Source: an uncultured bacterium (lineage in GTDB: Bacteria > Vulcanimicrobiota > Vulcanimicrobiia > Vulcanimicrobiales > Vulcanimicrobiaceae). Taken from it: a stretch of DNA of 64,000 nt. The DNA is taken from NCBI GenBank assembly GCA_964250245.1, contig CAXUFI010000001.1, forward strand, positions 209 through 64,208. The letters run 5' to 3'. The translations under genes and the position numbers were made by a program. The notes beneath the pieces are model-generated. The model was not told where the DNA came from. It did not search any database and was given only the letters and a program-made list of their open reading frames with translations. This document shows positions 48,048 to 56,806 of this stretch, in pieces. Each line of letters starts with the position of its first letter. Within the stretch, counting starts at the first letter, position 1.

Positions 48048-48974
48048 TTGGTAACGGTAGATCAGGTCGCAGCGCTCGCCCGCGACGCCAGCCTGTCGAG
48101 TTCGTATAAGCCGGCGCTCTTAAAGGCGTTGGTTCGCATCGTGCGAGGCGGAGCGGAGTCGCGGATCTCGCTGCTGCGAATCGGGCATGAGTTCGTCGAG
48201 CTTTATTGGGTTCAGACGGTCGTGTTTCGATTGCGGCAGGCCGCGACCATTACCGCCGAACCGGAAGTCGTACGGCGCATCCGCAGTACCTCGGACTTGA
48301 GTAACGTCCGGCGCCTGAGTGAGTTGCCGGCGGATGCTCGTCTGCGCTTAGACCGCGAGATGGCGCGCGTTCTAACGATCAACGTGCTCGATCGCTTTCA
48401 CCGGAGCGCGCCAAGCGGAATGCCGCGCCTCTACGACTGGCGCCCGGGTGACGATTCCATCACGAGCGACCATCAATCGCTAAGCTTCATCCGGACGAGC
48501 GGGCATGCGCTCGAGACGATCGCTAACCACTGGTGGGCGCGGTACCTCGAGCGCGTCAATATGCTGGCGCCACTAATCATCTAAAAGGTCGAGCGCGACG
48601 GCGCCGAGCGCGGGTCGCTTGCGAAGTACGTTAGAATTCTTCGGGTCACCGATCGTACGCAATGCTTCTATTGCGAACGCCCGATCGACGATGGAGCGAC
48701 GCCGCACGTCGATCACGTCATCCCCTGGAGCTTCCTGCTTTCTGACCCGCTCTGGGATCTCGTGCTTTCGTGTTCGTCGTGCAATCTGGCCAAATCCGAT
48801 GTGTTGCCGGATGCCCGCTATCTCGATAAGCTCGCGGCGGTCGCCGTGGCTCGCGGGAAGCGGACGTTACCGGTCGGCTTTGGCTCGCCGCTCATAACTC
48901 GAGATGAGCTCGATCGCTATTATTCGGCGGCTCTGTCGGTGGAATGGCCTTCCGGTTGGATGCCCGTGGCGTGA
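48048..48974 (+). pseudogene. HNH endonuclease with an N-terminal winged-helix-like domain, interrupted by one in-frame TAA (48582-48584)
   Basis: ORFs 48048..48584 and the HNH part (CFYCERPIDDGATPHVDHVIPW...LSCSSCNLAKSD, ending 48974) share the same reading frame (both coordinates are 0 mod 3). A single stop separates them. Confidence 0.65.
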
Positions 48975-49195
48975 GCGATTCGCAAGTACCCTGGCCGATT
49001 GCCGTCTCGTTCCTCATCCGGCCGCTCGACGAATCGTTTACGTTACCGGAGGTCTACGCGATTGCGGAGCCGCTACGGCGCAGCTTTCCGAATAACCGGC
49101 ACGTCGAGGCGAAGATCCGTCAGAGCCTTCAGATCCTTCGCGACCGTGGGCGGATCGCGTTCGACGGCAGCGGGCGGTATCGCAAACTACTTGCC
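48640..49195. repeat. ~555-bp segment (HNH 3' half plus DpnI-family 5' part), repeated at 51970..52525
   Basis: Direct alignment by eye shows more than 90% identity. The second copy carries single-base deletions. Confidence 0.8.
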
Positions 49196-49702
49196 GGCGT
49201 GCGCCCGAGCGTGCATCTGGACTTCGGCGAAGCGGCACGATATACGAGCCGATCGCAAGTCGCGCGCGTCGCCGTCGAAGCGTGGGCGGCGAGCAACGTG
49301 CGCTGCTGGCGATGTGAGGCGCCGTTGTTACTCGTCCCGGTAAATGCCAAGTTGCTCGATGCGCTCTGCAGCCGGCACGGCCACGAGATCCAAGTGAAGG
49401 CCGTTAGCGGCGTTGCCTCCAATCGGCTGACGGCAGCGGCCTACGCTCCGATGGCGGAGCGCCTCTCCGCCGGTAGCTTGCCCGATTATCTCGTCGTGTC
49501 GTACGACGTGCTGCGCGCGACCGTCATTCTTGCCGAATTCATCGATGGCGGTTCGATCGACGCTTCCCGCGTGCACGCACGATCGGCGCTCGGACCGACG
49601 GCGCGGCGAGCCGGATGGATCGGCGCCTCGATCGATCTTGCCGGACTCAAGCGGCGAGTCGCGGTGGGACCCTCGCTCGAGCCGGAACAGCGGGCCTGGT
49701 AA
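48971..49702 (+). CDS. DpnI-family (Dam-replacing family) restriction endonuclease-like protein with an N-terminal winged helix
   Basis: CWRCEAPL...NAKLLDALCSRHGHEIQVKAV...AAAYAPMAERL...PDYLVVSYD...TARRAGWIGASI matches the DpnI catalytic-domain pattern as I recall it. GTG 48971 overlaps the HNH TGA (GTGA). Confidence 0.6.
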   Translation: MSDSQVPWPIAVSFLIRPLDESFTLPEVYAIAEPLRRSFPNNRHVEAKIRQSLQILRDRGRIAFDGSGRYRKLLAGVRPSVHLDFGEAARYTSRSQVARVAVEAWAASNVRCWRCEAPLLLVPVNAKLLDALCSRHGHEIQVKAVSGVASNRLTAAAYAPMAERLSAGSLPDYLVVSYDVLRATVILAEFIDGGSIDASRVHARSALGPTARRAGWIGASIDLAGLKRRVAVGPSLEPEQRAW

Positions 49703-49811
49703 GGCCTATGCTCGGTGTCTTCAACGATGATCGCCGGCCGGCCGCCCTTATTCGCTTCTTTGGCAGGACGTCTTCCCGCCAGTCACAGACGAATACGTTT
49801 CCGGCGATCAT
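49703..49811 (-). pseudogene. Possible 5' remnant of a MazF/PemK-type toxin gene
   Basis: ATG 49811 lies 3 nt after a TAA. It reads MIAGNVFVCDWREDVLPKK, then by frameshift NKGGRPAIIVEDTEH (the K-x-RP-x-I/V-V motif of MazF-like toxins). It runs into the DpnI-family 3' end. Confidence 0.3.
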
Positions 49812-49902
49812 CGCTTACGAACGTTCCTCTTCCGGAAGACTACTTTGGAGCGCTTCGCTTCCGACGGCGGCGATCTGGTCGTAAAGATTACGAACGTTCG
49901 GG

Positions 49903-50088
49903 TCACTTCGATAACGAGCGGAAACCGCTTCGCTCCGCTCGAATCTGAGCCCGGCGCAAGTCGGCAGCACCTTTCTCGGCAAGTTCGCGAATGAGCTGCC
50001 CAACGCTTCGATCGTCCGCTAACGCGCGCGCCGAGAGGATGGCGTAGGCTCGGTCGCTCAACCGAACGGAGATTCGGGGATGCGGCAT
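49903..50088 (-). CDS. Ribbon-helix-helix (CopG/MazE-like) antitoxin-type protein, probably 3'-frameshifted
   Basis: MPHPRISVRLSDRAYAILSARALADDRSVGQLIRELAEKG is an RHH fold pattern. A second frame continues to a TAA at 49815, just before the toxin-remnant ATG. Confidence 0.55.
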   Translation of the reverse strand: MPHPRISVRLSDRAYAILSARALADDRSVGQLIRELAEKGAADLRRAQIRAERSGFRSLSK

Positions 50089-50230
50089 ACTACGTAATGT
50101 CCTACAGGGATGACTACACCGCAAGCTTCTGCCCGCGCTTTCACGCGCCATTCGTTCGAAACCCCGTCCGACCGGCAGACGGGCATATGGCCGGAACTGT
50201 ATTGCTCGATAGGCTCTGCGGCCGGCATAG

Positions 50231-50580
50231 TCACGAAATCTGGTCGCGGCGCGTAGCCCGAAGCCTATGTCGGCATCGGCCGGCGTCGGCCTGATCCTCT
50301 TCGCTGCCTTCGTTCTTCGGCTCGTCCTCCTCTAGTTCGATAGACGGGAGCCTCGGATCGACCCCGTTCGCGATTCGCCAGATGTCGGCGCCGATGCGCT
50401 GGCAACGTTCGTATTCGCTCCCGTTCGTATGCGACTCCGTACGCTGCAACCTCGTGCGCCTGTTCGCGTACCACGACGTTCGCGCGCGAGGAGCGATACG
50501 ACAGCGCGGAGTGACGAAGGCCGCAGTAAAGCGTGAAACGAGTGCGGAACCCGCCGGGCACGCGCGCGCCGCCTTGCTTC
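50231..50580 (-). pseudogene. Decayed 3' remnant of a nucleotidyltransferase paralog
   Basis: Two frames read ARVPGGF..VVREQAHEVAAYGV and SEYERCQRIGADIWRIANGVDP..EEDEPKNEGSEEDQ. These are collinear with the C-terminus of the 51309..51965 gene. Confidence 0.3.
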
Positions 50581-51141
50581 CTACGGGCCGTCCCCGCTCG
50601 CAAGCGACGAACGAGCGTAAATCGACTCGAGAGCAACGGAGCGGCCATCGACGAAGATTTCGTTATCGTCGTACGTCTCCGTTCGCCATGTGCCGTCGCG
50701 CCCGCGGACATCGACTTCGCAGCGTCGCATGTCGGCGTGAACGACGACGTATGCGACGAGCGACGCGAGCGCCCGATAAGCCGCCCGCTTCTCGACCAGA
50801 TCGTACGAGCGGGTACTTCGCGATAGAACTTCAGCAACGATGCGTGCTCGTTCCACGACCGTCGCATCGCCGGGAATGACTTCACAAATAACGCCGGCAT
50901 CTGCATAGTAAAAAGTATCCGCGCTTACTCGAACTTTGACATCCGAACCGAACGTTCTACATGGTGGCGGAAACGAGCGATCAAAGGCGGTACGCAGATT
51001 GAATGCGATGGTATCGTGATCGACCGTCCCACCGGCGAAAGCCATTACGAAGCCACGATGAAGTTCGAACTTCTCGTCTTGAGCGGCTTCCCAACCCAAG
51101 AACTCGCGCGCTGCGAGTTGAGGGATCACAGGCTCTCTCAT
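50581..51141 (-). CDS. Uma2-family (DUF820) endonuclease-like protein
   Basis: 187 aa from MREPVIPQLAAREFLGWEA...FELHRGFVMAFAGG...CRTFGSDVKVRV...AEVLSRSTRSYDLVEKRAAY. Confidence 0.8.
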   Translation of the reverse strand: MREPVIPQLAAREFLGWEAAQDEKFELHRGFVMAFAGGTVDHDTIAFNLRTAFDRSFPPPCRTFGSDVKVRVSADTFYYADAGVICEVIPGDATVVERARIVAEVLSRSTRSYDLVEKRAAYRALASLVAYVVVHADMRRCEVDVRGRDGTWRTETYDDNEIFVDGRSVALESIYARSSLASGDGP

Positions 51142-51308
51142 AGCACCTCGGCACGATCGTTCGCCGTAACGCCGGTAACTCTTATTAAGGTCTCGGGCCG
51201 CCACGCTATTCCCTCGGGCGGACGCTAGGCCATCCAGCTCAGCCACCGCGCTCGGCGAGAGTTCGATCTCAGCCGCGGCATCGAAAATACGGCGCAGCGT
51301 CACCTGGG

Positions 51309-51965
51309 CTACGGGCCTAGGGACGATACCGGCACTGACCGCCCGCTTTCGAGCCAACCCTTCCACGCGAGGGTGCCAGCCGCTAGACGAAACCCACTGC
51401 CGGTCGAAGCGCGCGTTGAAGCCCGTATCGTCATCGGCCCTGAATCGGTCTCATTCTCTTCGCCGTCTTCGATCTTCGGCTCGGCCTGCTCCGGTCGTCT
51501 CGGAAACACTCCCGGATTCACCGTGTTCGCGGTTCGCCAAAACTCGGCACCGACGCGGTCGCTACATTCGTGCTCACCAACGTCTGCTGCACTCGCGAGC
51601 TTACGGGCTTCCCGCAACGCTCGAAGTTCGATGAGGCCTGCCGCGTCCTTCGGGCGGCCGGCTGCCGTCTTCGCAACGATAAGGCCATCGATGCTCAGCA
51701 CGAGCAGCGTGAACCCCTCATACGGGACGCGAGCCGAGAACCTCTCGACTTCGACAAAGCCGCCGCTGCCTTTAATCGCTCCGAGCGAATCCACGTCGCC
51801 GGCGGTCGTTTCGAGCGTCAAGATTTCATTCGAGAGAAGCGTTTGTGCGTGGACGAATGGCAAATCCACTACCCAGCCTCGCGGCCTTGGCGTAAACGGT
51901 TCCAAAGCCGACGCAAGCCGCGTACAGTTCTCACGGCTGCGTTCGTAAGCAACGTCGATATCCAA
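51309..51965 (-). pseudogene. Nucleotidyltransferase-fold (MNT-like) gene, 5'-truncated by the HNH/DpnI repeat
   Basis: Starts within DIDVAYERSRENCTRLASAL... and continues ...LIVAKTAAGRPKDAAGLIELRAL. The N-terminal GS...D part is replaced by antisense repeat sequence. Acidic tail. Confidence 0.45.
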
Positions 51966-51969
51966 AATC

Positions 51970-52525
51970 TTCTGCGGGTCACCGATCGTACGCAGTGCTT
52001 CTATTGCGAACGCCCGATCGACGATGGAGCGACGCCGCACGTCGATCACGTGATTCCCTGGAGCTTCCTGCTTTCGGACCCGCTCTGGGATCTCGTGCTT
52101 TCGTGTGCGTCGTGCAATCTGGCTAAATCCGACGTGTTGCCGGAAGCCGCTATCTCGATAACTCGCGGCGGTCGCCGTGGATCGCGGGAAGCGAACGTTA
52201 CCGGTCGGCTTCGGCTCGCCGCTCATAACCCGAGACGAGCTCGATCGCTATTATTCGGCGGCGTTGTCGGTGGAATGGCCTTCCGGCTGGATGCCCGTGG
52301 CGTGAGCGATTCGCAAGTACCCTGGCCGATTGCCGTCTCGTTCCTCATCCGGCCGCTCGACGAATCGTTTACGTTACCGGAGGTCTACGCGATTGTGGAG
52401 CCGCTACGGCGCAGCTTTCCGAATAACCGGCGTGTCGAGGAGAAGATCCGTCAGAGCCTTCAGATCCTTCGCGACCGTGGGCGGATCGCTTTCGATGGAA
52501 GCGGGCGCTATCGCAACTGCTTGCC
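51970..52525. repeat. Second, degraded copy of the HNH 3' / DpnI-family 5' segment
   Basis: Reads LRVTDRTQCFYCERPIDDGATPHVDHVIPW..., then shifts frame. The DpnI-family winged-helix part (SFTLPEVYAIVEPLRRSFPNN...) ends abruptly at ~52525. Confidence 0.8.
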
Positions 52526-52574
52526 GACGTGCTTGCGCAAGGCTTTCACGGCCGGTTGCCGATATTAAGCGCAC

Positions 52575-54563
52575 TTGCTCACCGTTCATTTGTTGTCACC
52601 GCAGAATGAAGCGCAGCTCGTCAAGGCGCTCGAGCGCGATATCCGCCGCGCCTGGCCGGAAGTCGCGTCGGACCCGAACGACCGCGTCGACCTGCTCGTC
52701 GGCGCGCGAAGCGGCGTCGACGTCGATCTTCTCATCGTGCTGGACCTGGTAACGCCCCGCTCGATCCCCAGCGCGCAGCGTGCAGATGCGCCGACGCCCC
52801 CCTCGATCACGAGCGGCCTCATCGCGGTCGAGATTAAACAACTCGACGCCACTCGCTTCCAACGCATTGGAGACCAACTCTTCGCGATCTACAACGGCAA
52901 ACAAAGCGACCGCAGTTGTTCGGATCAAGCCCGCTCTGCCGCCTATGCTATCAAGAACTTTGCCGCAGCCAGCGGTTACGCAAATCTTTACGTTCACGCG
53001 CTCGCCTGGCTCACGCAGCTCGAGCCGTCGGCCCTCGACGGCGTCGATCCGTCAATCGTAGGCGCGAGCGATTGGCGAGGGCTGCTGACCGCCGCCTGCA
53101 ATCAGAATTCGTGGCTTTGCCGCGCCGACGAAGCGACGCGCGCGGGCGTAAGGGCGGTTCGCGATCGGTTGCTCCTGCGCCGTACGCTGACGCCGCTCGA
53201 TCGGCTCAAAGTTGAGCGCGTCGCACGCGATTCGCTCGTACGCGACCTCGTGGCAGAACTCGCGCCGCAGGCCGGTAGCGCGATGATTCGGCTTACCGGT
53301 CACGGCGGAAGCGGCAAGACAACCGCGCTGATGCTGCTCGCTACGCGTTTAGCCGTACACAACGGCGCGCGCGTACTCGTCCTCACCTTCCATCACGCGC
53401 TCGGCGGCGACATTCGGCACATCCTCACGAGCATGCCGGAGGCACAAGGACTGCTGGGATCCCGCATACACGTCGAAACGACCATGAGCTTCTTGCTGGG
53501 TCTCGTCGCCGCCGCGGGCGGCAGCGTTCCGCACACTGCGAACGCGACGATCGACTACGACCGCGTCGACGAGACGTTCCGCGAAGTCGCGACGGCCCTG
53601 ACGCCGAACGCCGGCGCAACGGGCGACGATGGCGAGGCCGTCATCGACGAAGATCGCGAGCGCTTCGACTGGGATCACGTCCTGATCGACGAGGCGCAAG
53701 ACTGGTCAGACGCCGAACGCGATCTCCTGATGGCCGTTTACGGGCCGCGCCGCCTCGTACTGGCGGACGGTCTCGTGCAACTGATCCGCCGTCAAACGTC
53801 GTGCAACTGGCTGCTCGGCGTCCCCAAAAACGAGCGCATCGCCCGCACGCTCGGCGATTCGTTGCGCATGCAGCACAACGTCGCGTTATTCGCGAACGCC
53901 TTCGCGCGGACGATCGGCTTCCCAAATTGGAACGTGGAGCCGCGAACCGACCTCGTCGGCGGACGCATCCTCATTCTCGAAGGCCGGATCGACGACGCGC
54001 CCGCACTCGTACGCGCGCTCGGCTCCGCGGCGGCAATCGGAAAAGCGCGACCGGTCGACAACCTCATTTGCGTCCCGCATTCCGAGATCGCGCGCGACGA
54101 ACGCGGCGGCCGCTGTGCGCGCCTAGCCGGCGAACTACAGGCGGCGGGCAACACCGTATGGGACGCTTGTAATCCGCTGACGCGCACCAGTGCGCCAGAA
54201 GGCAGCGACGCCTGGCGCATCGTGCAATACGACTCGTGCCGCGGCCTCGAAGGCTGGGCGACACTGCTACTCGGTCTCGACGACCTTTACGCGAATCGCA
54301 TCAAACACCCGAACATCGGCAGCACTGAGAAAGTCGACCCCGAAATCGTCGCGCGTCGCTGGTTGCTTATTCCGTTGACGAGAGCCGTTCATTTGCTCGT
54401 CATTCACATTCGCCAGCCGGAGTCCGCCGTCGCGGCGATGCTACGCGAATCCGCAGCGAGCCTGCCGAAAGGCGTGGTCGAAATCTACGGTGCAACTGAG
54501 GGAGCCGGCCGGCTGGCTGCAGCGAGAGATACGAGTTTGCGTGTGCACTCGACGAGTTTGTAG
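52575..54563 (+). CDS. NERD/PD-(D/E)xK nuclease - SF1 (UvrD-like) helicase/ATPase fusion (Nhi-like architecture)
   Basis: 662 aa. N-terminus VDVDLLIVL...GLIAVEIKQ. Walker A LTGHGGSGKTT. Walker B VLIDEAQDW. C-terminal YDSCRGLEGW and LTRAVHLLVI. Confidence 0.7.
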   Translation: MLTVHLLSPQNEAQLVKALERDIRRAWPEVASDPNDRVDLLVGARSGVDVDLLIVLDLVTPRSIPSAQRADAPTPPSITSGLIAVEIKQLDATRFQRIGDQLFAIYNGKQSDRSCSDQARSAAYAIKNFAAASGYANLYVHALAWLTQLEPSALDGVDPSIVGASDWRGLLTAACNQNSWLCRADEATRAGVRAVRDRLLLRRTLTPLDRLKVERVARDSLVRDLVAELAPQAGSAMIRLTGHGGSGKTTALMLLATRLAVHNGARVLVLTFHHALGGDIRHILTSMPEAQGLLGSRIHVETTMSFLLGLVAAAGGSVPHTANATIDYDRVDETFREVATALTPNAGATGDDGEAVIDEDRERFDWDHVLIDEAQDWSDAERDLLMAVYGPRRLVLADGLVQLIRRQTSCNWLLGVPKNERIARTLGDSLRMQHNVALFANAFARTIGFPNWNVEPRTDLVGGRILILEGRIDDAPALVRALGSAAAIGKARPVDNLICVPHSEIARDERGGRCARLAGELQAAGNTVWDACNPLTRTSAPEGSDAWRIVQYDSCRGLEGWATLLLGLDDLYANRIKHPNIGSTEKVDPEIVARRWLLIPLTRAVHLLVIHIRQPESAVAAMLRESAASLPKGVVEIYGATEGAGRLAAARDTSLRVHSTSL

Positions 54564-54653
54564 ATGGCGACCGCGTCTGATCCATTAAAATATTATTCGA
54601 TGACCGCAACTCTGTGCCGAGCGCGGCAATGCGAGAATGGCGACGTTACCTCG

Positions 54654-54890
54654 CTACCGTGAGGCGATGCCGAGTGATTCTGCGATTGCGGCCCGGATCG
54701 CACTTAGAGCGTCTGCCGCTATCGTGCCTCGCATCGTTCCAAGCCGTCGTTTCGAAATCACGGTGACTTGATGCGCGACCGCGTAAGAAGCCGTGGCTAA
54801 ACCGTTGGCCGCACTCGGCTCGATTCGTACCGACAGTGACGGAATTGCGAAGTCGAGGTATTCGTACAAGCCACCACCACGACATTCGGG
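54654..54890 (-). pseudogene. MazF/PemK-type toxin remnant (C-terminal two thirds, internal deletion)
   Basis: RGGGLYEYLDFA..IPSLSVRIEPSAANGLATASYAVAHQVTVISKRRLGTMRGTIAADALSAIRAAIAESLGI matches the MazF C-terminal pattern. About 35 aa of the core appear to be missing. Confidence 0.4.
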
Positions 54891-54907
54891 AAATTGGGTG
54901 GAAAACG

Positions 54908-55018
54908 GCGATTCGATCGACGCTTCCCCCGTTCTCGCAAGAGCGGCGCTTGGAGCGACGGCGCGGCGAGCCGGATGGAGCGGCGCCTCGATCGGTCTTG
55001 CCGGACTCGCGCGGCGAG
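54908..55018. repeat. Third fragment: ~110 bp of the DpnI-family 3' end (copy of 49548..49648)
   Basis: Translates SIDASPVLARAALGATARRAGWSGASIGLAGL, against SIDASRVHARSALGPTARRAGWIGASIDLAGL in the intact gene. Confidence 0.7.
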
Positions 55019-55153
55019 ATCGGCTCATTCTCTTGGCCGTCTTCGATCTTCGGCTCGTCCTGCGCCGGTTCGACCGGCGGTTAACCGCCCTTGTTCGCCC
55101 GCTGGCACGTGAATGAAGGCGAACGCTAATAACAGCGATGCGCGCGAACGGTC

Positions 55154-55549
55154 CTAGAGCGAAGCGTGAACGCCTTCGCCGGGTTCGCCCGGCACGACTC
55201 GGTAGGCGCCGACTTTCCCGTTCGGATCGAGCCGTAGCTCCACGACCATGCGACCGTTGGCGAAGTTCGCAGCATAGGTGTACCGTCCGGAATCGGGCGC
55301 CGAGCTCAGTTCGGCTAAGGATTTGTACTCGCCGAGCGCGTGCATCTTATCGGAGAGTAAGCCGACGTCGCCGCGCGTGACGGTCCCTTTGACGGCGTCT
55401 TCGAAATTGTCCGCCGTGGCTGCGACGTCGTTTGCGTAGACGGCCCGCGTCAGCTTTTCTGCCGTTTGAGCGGGACCGTTCGGCGCCGGTTGCGACGCGC
55501 ACGCGCTAAGTGTCGCGATGACCGAAACGGACGATGCAATCCACAGCAT
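55154..55549 (-). CDS. Lipoprotein, hypothetical
   Basis: MLWIASSVSVIATLSAC has a lipobox (LSAC). ~130 aa with no known domain. Confidence 0.6.
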   Translation of the reverse strand: MLWIASSVSVIATLSACASQPAPNGPAQTAEKLTRAVYANDVAATADNFEDAVKGTVTRGDVGLLSDKMHALGEYKSLAELSSAPDSGRYTYAANFANGRMVVELRLDPNGKVGAYRVVPGEPGEGVHASL

Positions 55550-55578
55550 AGCGGCACGCCGCGGATTCGTTACGCAGC

Positions 55579-56136
55579 TCAATAGGAGCCCCATCCGTAC
55601 GAAACGTCGCGCTGCGCCGGGGCCGGGGCCGGGCGGCCCGCTGCAGCGACGGCGACGGGAACCACTCGTGGTTCCGCCGGCCGCGCGAAAGCCGCGGTCT
55701 GGCCTCGCGTACCGGCTTTAGCGACGAGCAGCGAGCGTGTCAGCGCCGCGATTCTCGCATCCCGCTCGCGAACGGCGGCATGCTGCAGCGCCACTTCTTT
55801 GCGATACGCGCTCGCGACCGCCGCCTCGTGCGCGTACGCCTGCCTCTCCGACTCATAGGCGGCTTGGGCCTGATTGGCGCTCGCTTGCGTTTGCGCTTGA
55901 CGTTGGTCGTATTCGGCGTATTTCTGGTGCACTTTCTTGTTGTGGTTGATGATGAGGAGCGTCCCGGCGGCCGCCGCCGCGCCACCGATGATGATGTTCC
56001 TCGTACTCGCGGCTCCGTCGGCAAAGGCGGGAGCCGGCCCGGCTGCGATCCCGAGCGTCCCGGCGAGTGCGGCGATTGCGATCTGCCTCGAAATATTCAC
56101 GGATTTGGCCCTCCGATGACGCGCCGGTCTTTTCAT
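55579..56136 (-). CDS. Hypothetical secreted/membrane-anchored coiled-coil protein
   Basis: 185 aa. Signal/anchor IAIAALAGTLGIAAGPAPAFA, a second hydrophobic stretch, and a Q/A-rich heptad-like region. Confidence 0.5.
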   Translation of the reverse strand: MKRPARHRRAKSVNISRQIAIAALAGTLGIAAGPAPAFADGAASTRNIIIGGAAAAAGTLLIINHNKKVHQKYAEYDQRQAQTQASANQAQAAYESERQAYAHEAAVASAYRKEVALQHAAVRERDARIAALTRSLLVAKAGTRGQTAAFARPAEPRVVPVAVAAAGRPAPAPAQRDVSYGWGSY

Positions 56137-56359
56137 GTGTTAACGGCGGCAGGTCGAGCCGCGTTATCGCTTCGGCCGTAATGTGACATGCGAACGGCTG
56201 CGAGCGTCCGCGGGCCGTACGGTGCCGGCGGATCCCTCGGAGTCGTGCGCTCTCACGAGAGGCAACGTATTTCGATGCGGATGGTTCCTGGTTGCCCGAC
56301 TCACACTAGACCACTTCAGGTGCCAAACGTGCGACACGTCCCGCTGTTATACTCGGCAC

Positions 56360-56797
56360 ATGAGCGACAACAACATTCGCAGCAACTCCCTCAGGCTCGC
56401 GACGCTGCTCAAAGAGTCCAACACCACATCGTTTCGGCTCGATGCGACGCGCCGGATCGTCACGATCGGTGGCCGCACGCGTGAATGGTCGTTCGTCTGC
56501 AACATAGCCAACGAGTGGCTTCATATCTATACGTACGTTTGCGAGATTCCGGCAGCGGCCGGCTTACGTGCGGAACTTCTCGACGCGGCGATGCAGGCCA
56601 ACGAACCGATGTCGCTGGCGAAGTTTACGAAAGGGGCCGGCCTGTTCCTCGAGCTGCAATATCGCGACGAACACCTGGATGCGGCCGTCCTTCACGGCCT
56701 GCTCGGACTCATGCTCTCCAATGCCGAAGAATACTATCCGCGGCTCTTTCGCATCGTGTCCGGCGACGCGGCCCTCAACGCACTCGACCCCGGCTAG
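56360..56797 (+). CDS. YbjN-like / T3SS-chaperone-like small protein
   Basis: 145 aa from MSDNNIRSN. The pattern WLHIYTYVCEIP...LLDAAMQANEPMSLAKF...LFLELQY resembles YbjN-domain proteins. A weak call. Confidence 0.5.
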   Translation: MSDNNIRSNSLRLATLLKESNTTSFRLDATRRIVTIGGRTREWSFVCNIANEWLHIYTYVCEIPAAAGLRAELLDAAMQANEPMSLAKFTKGAGLFLELQYRDEHLDAAVLHGLLGLMLSNAEEYYPRLFRIVSGDAALNALDPG

Positions 56798-56806
56798 CGC
56801 GAGGCA

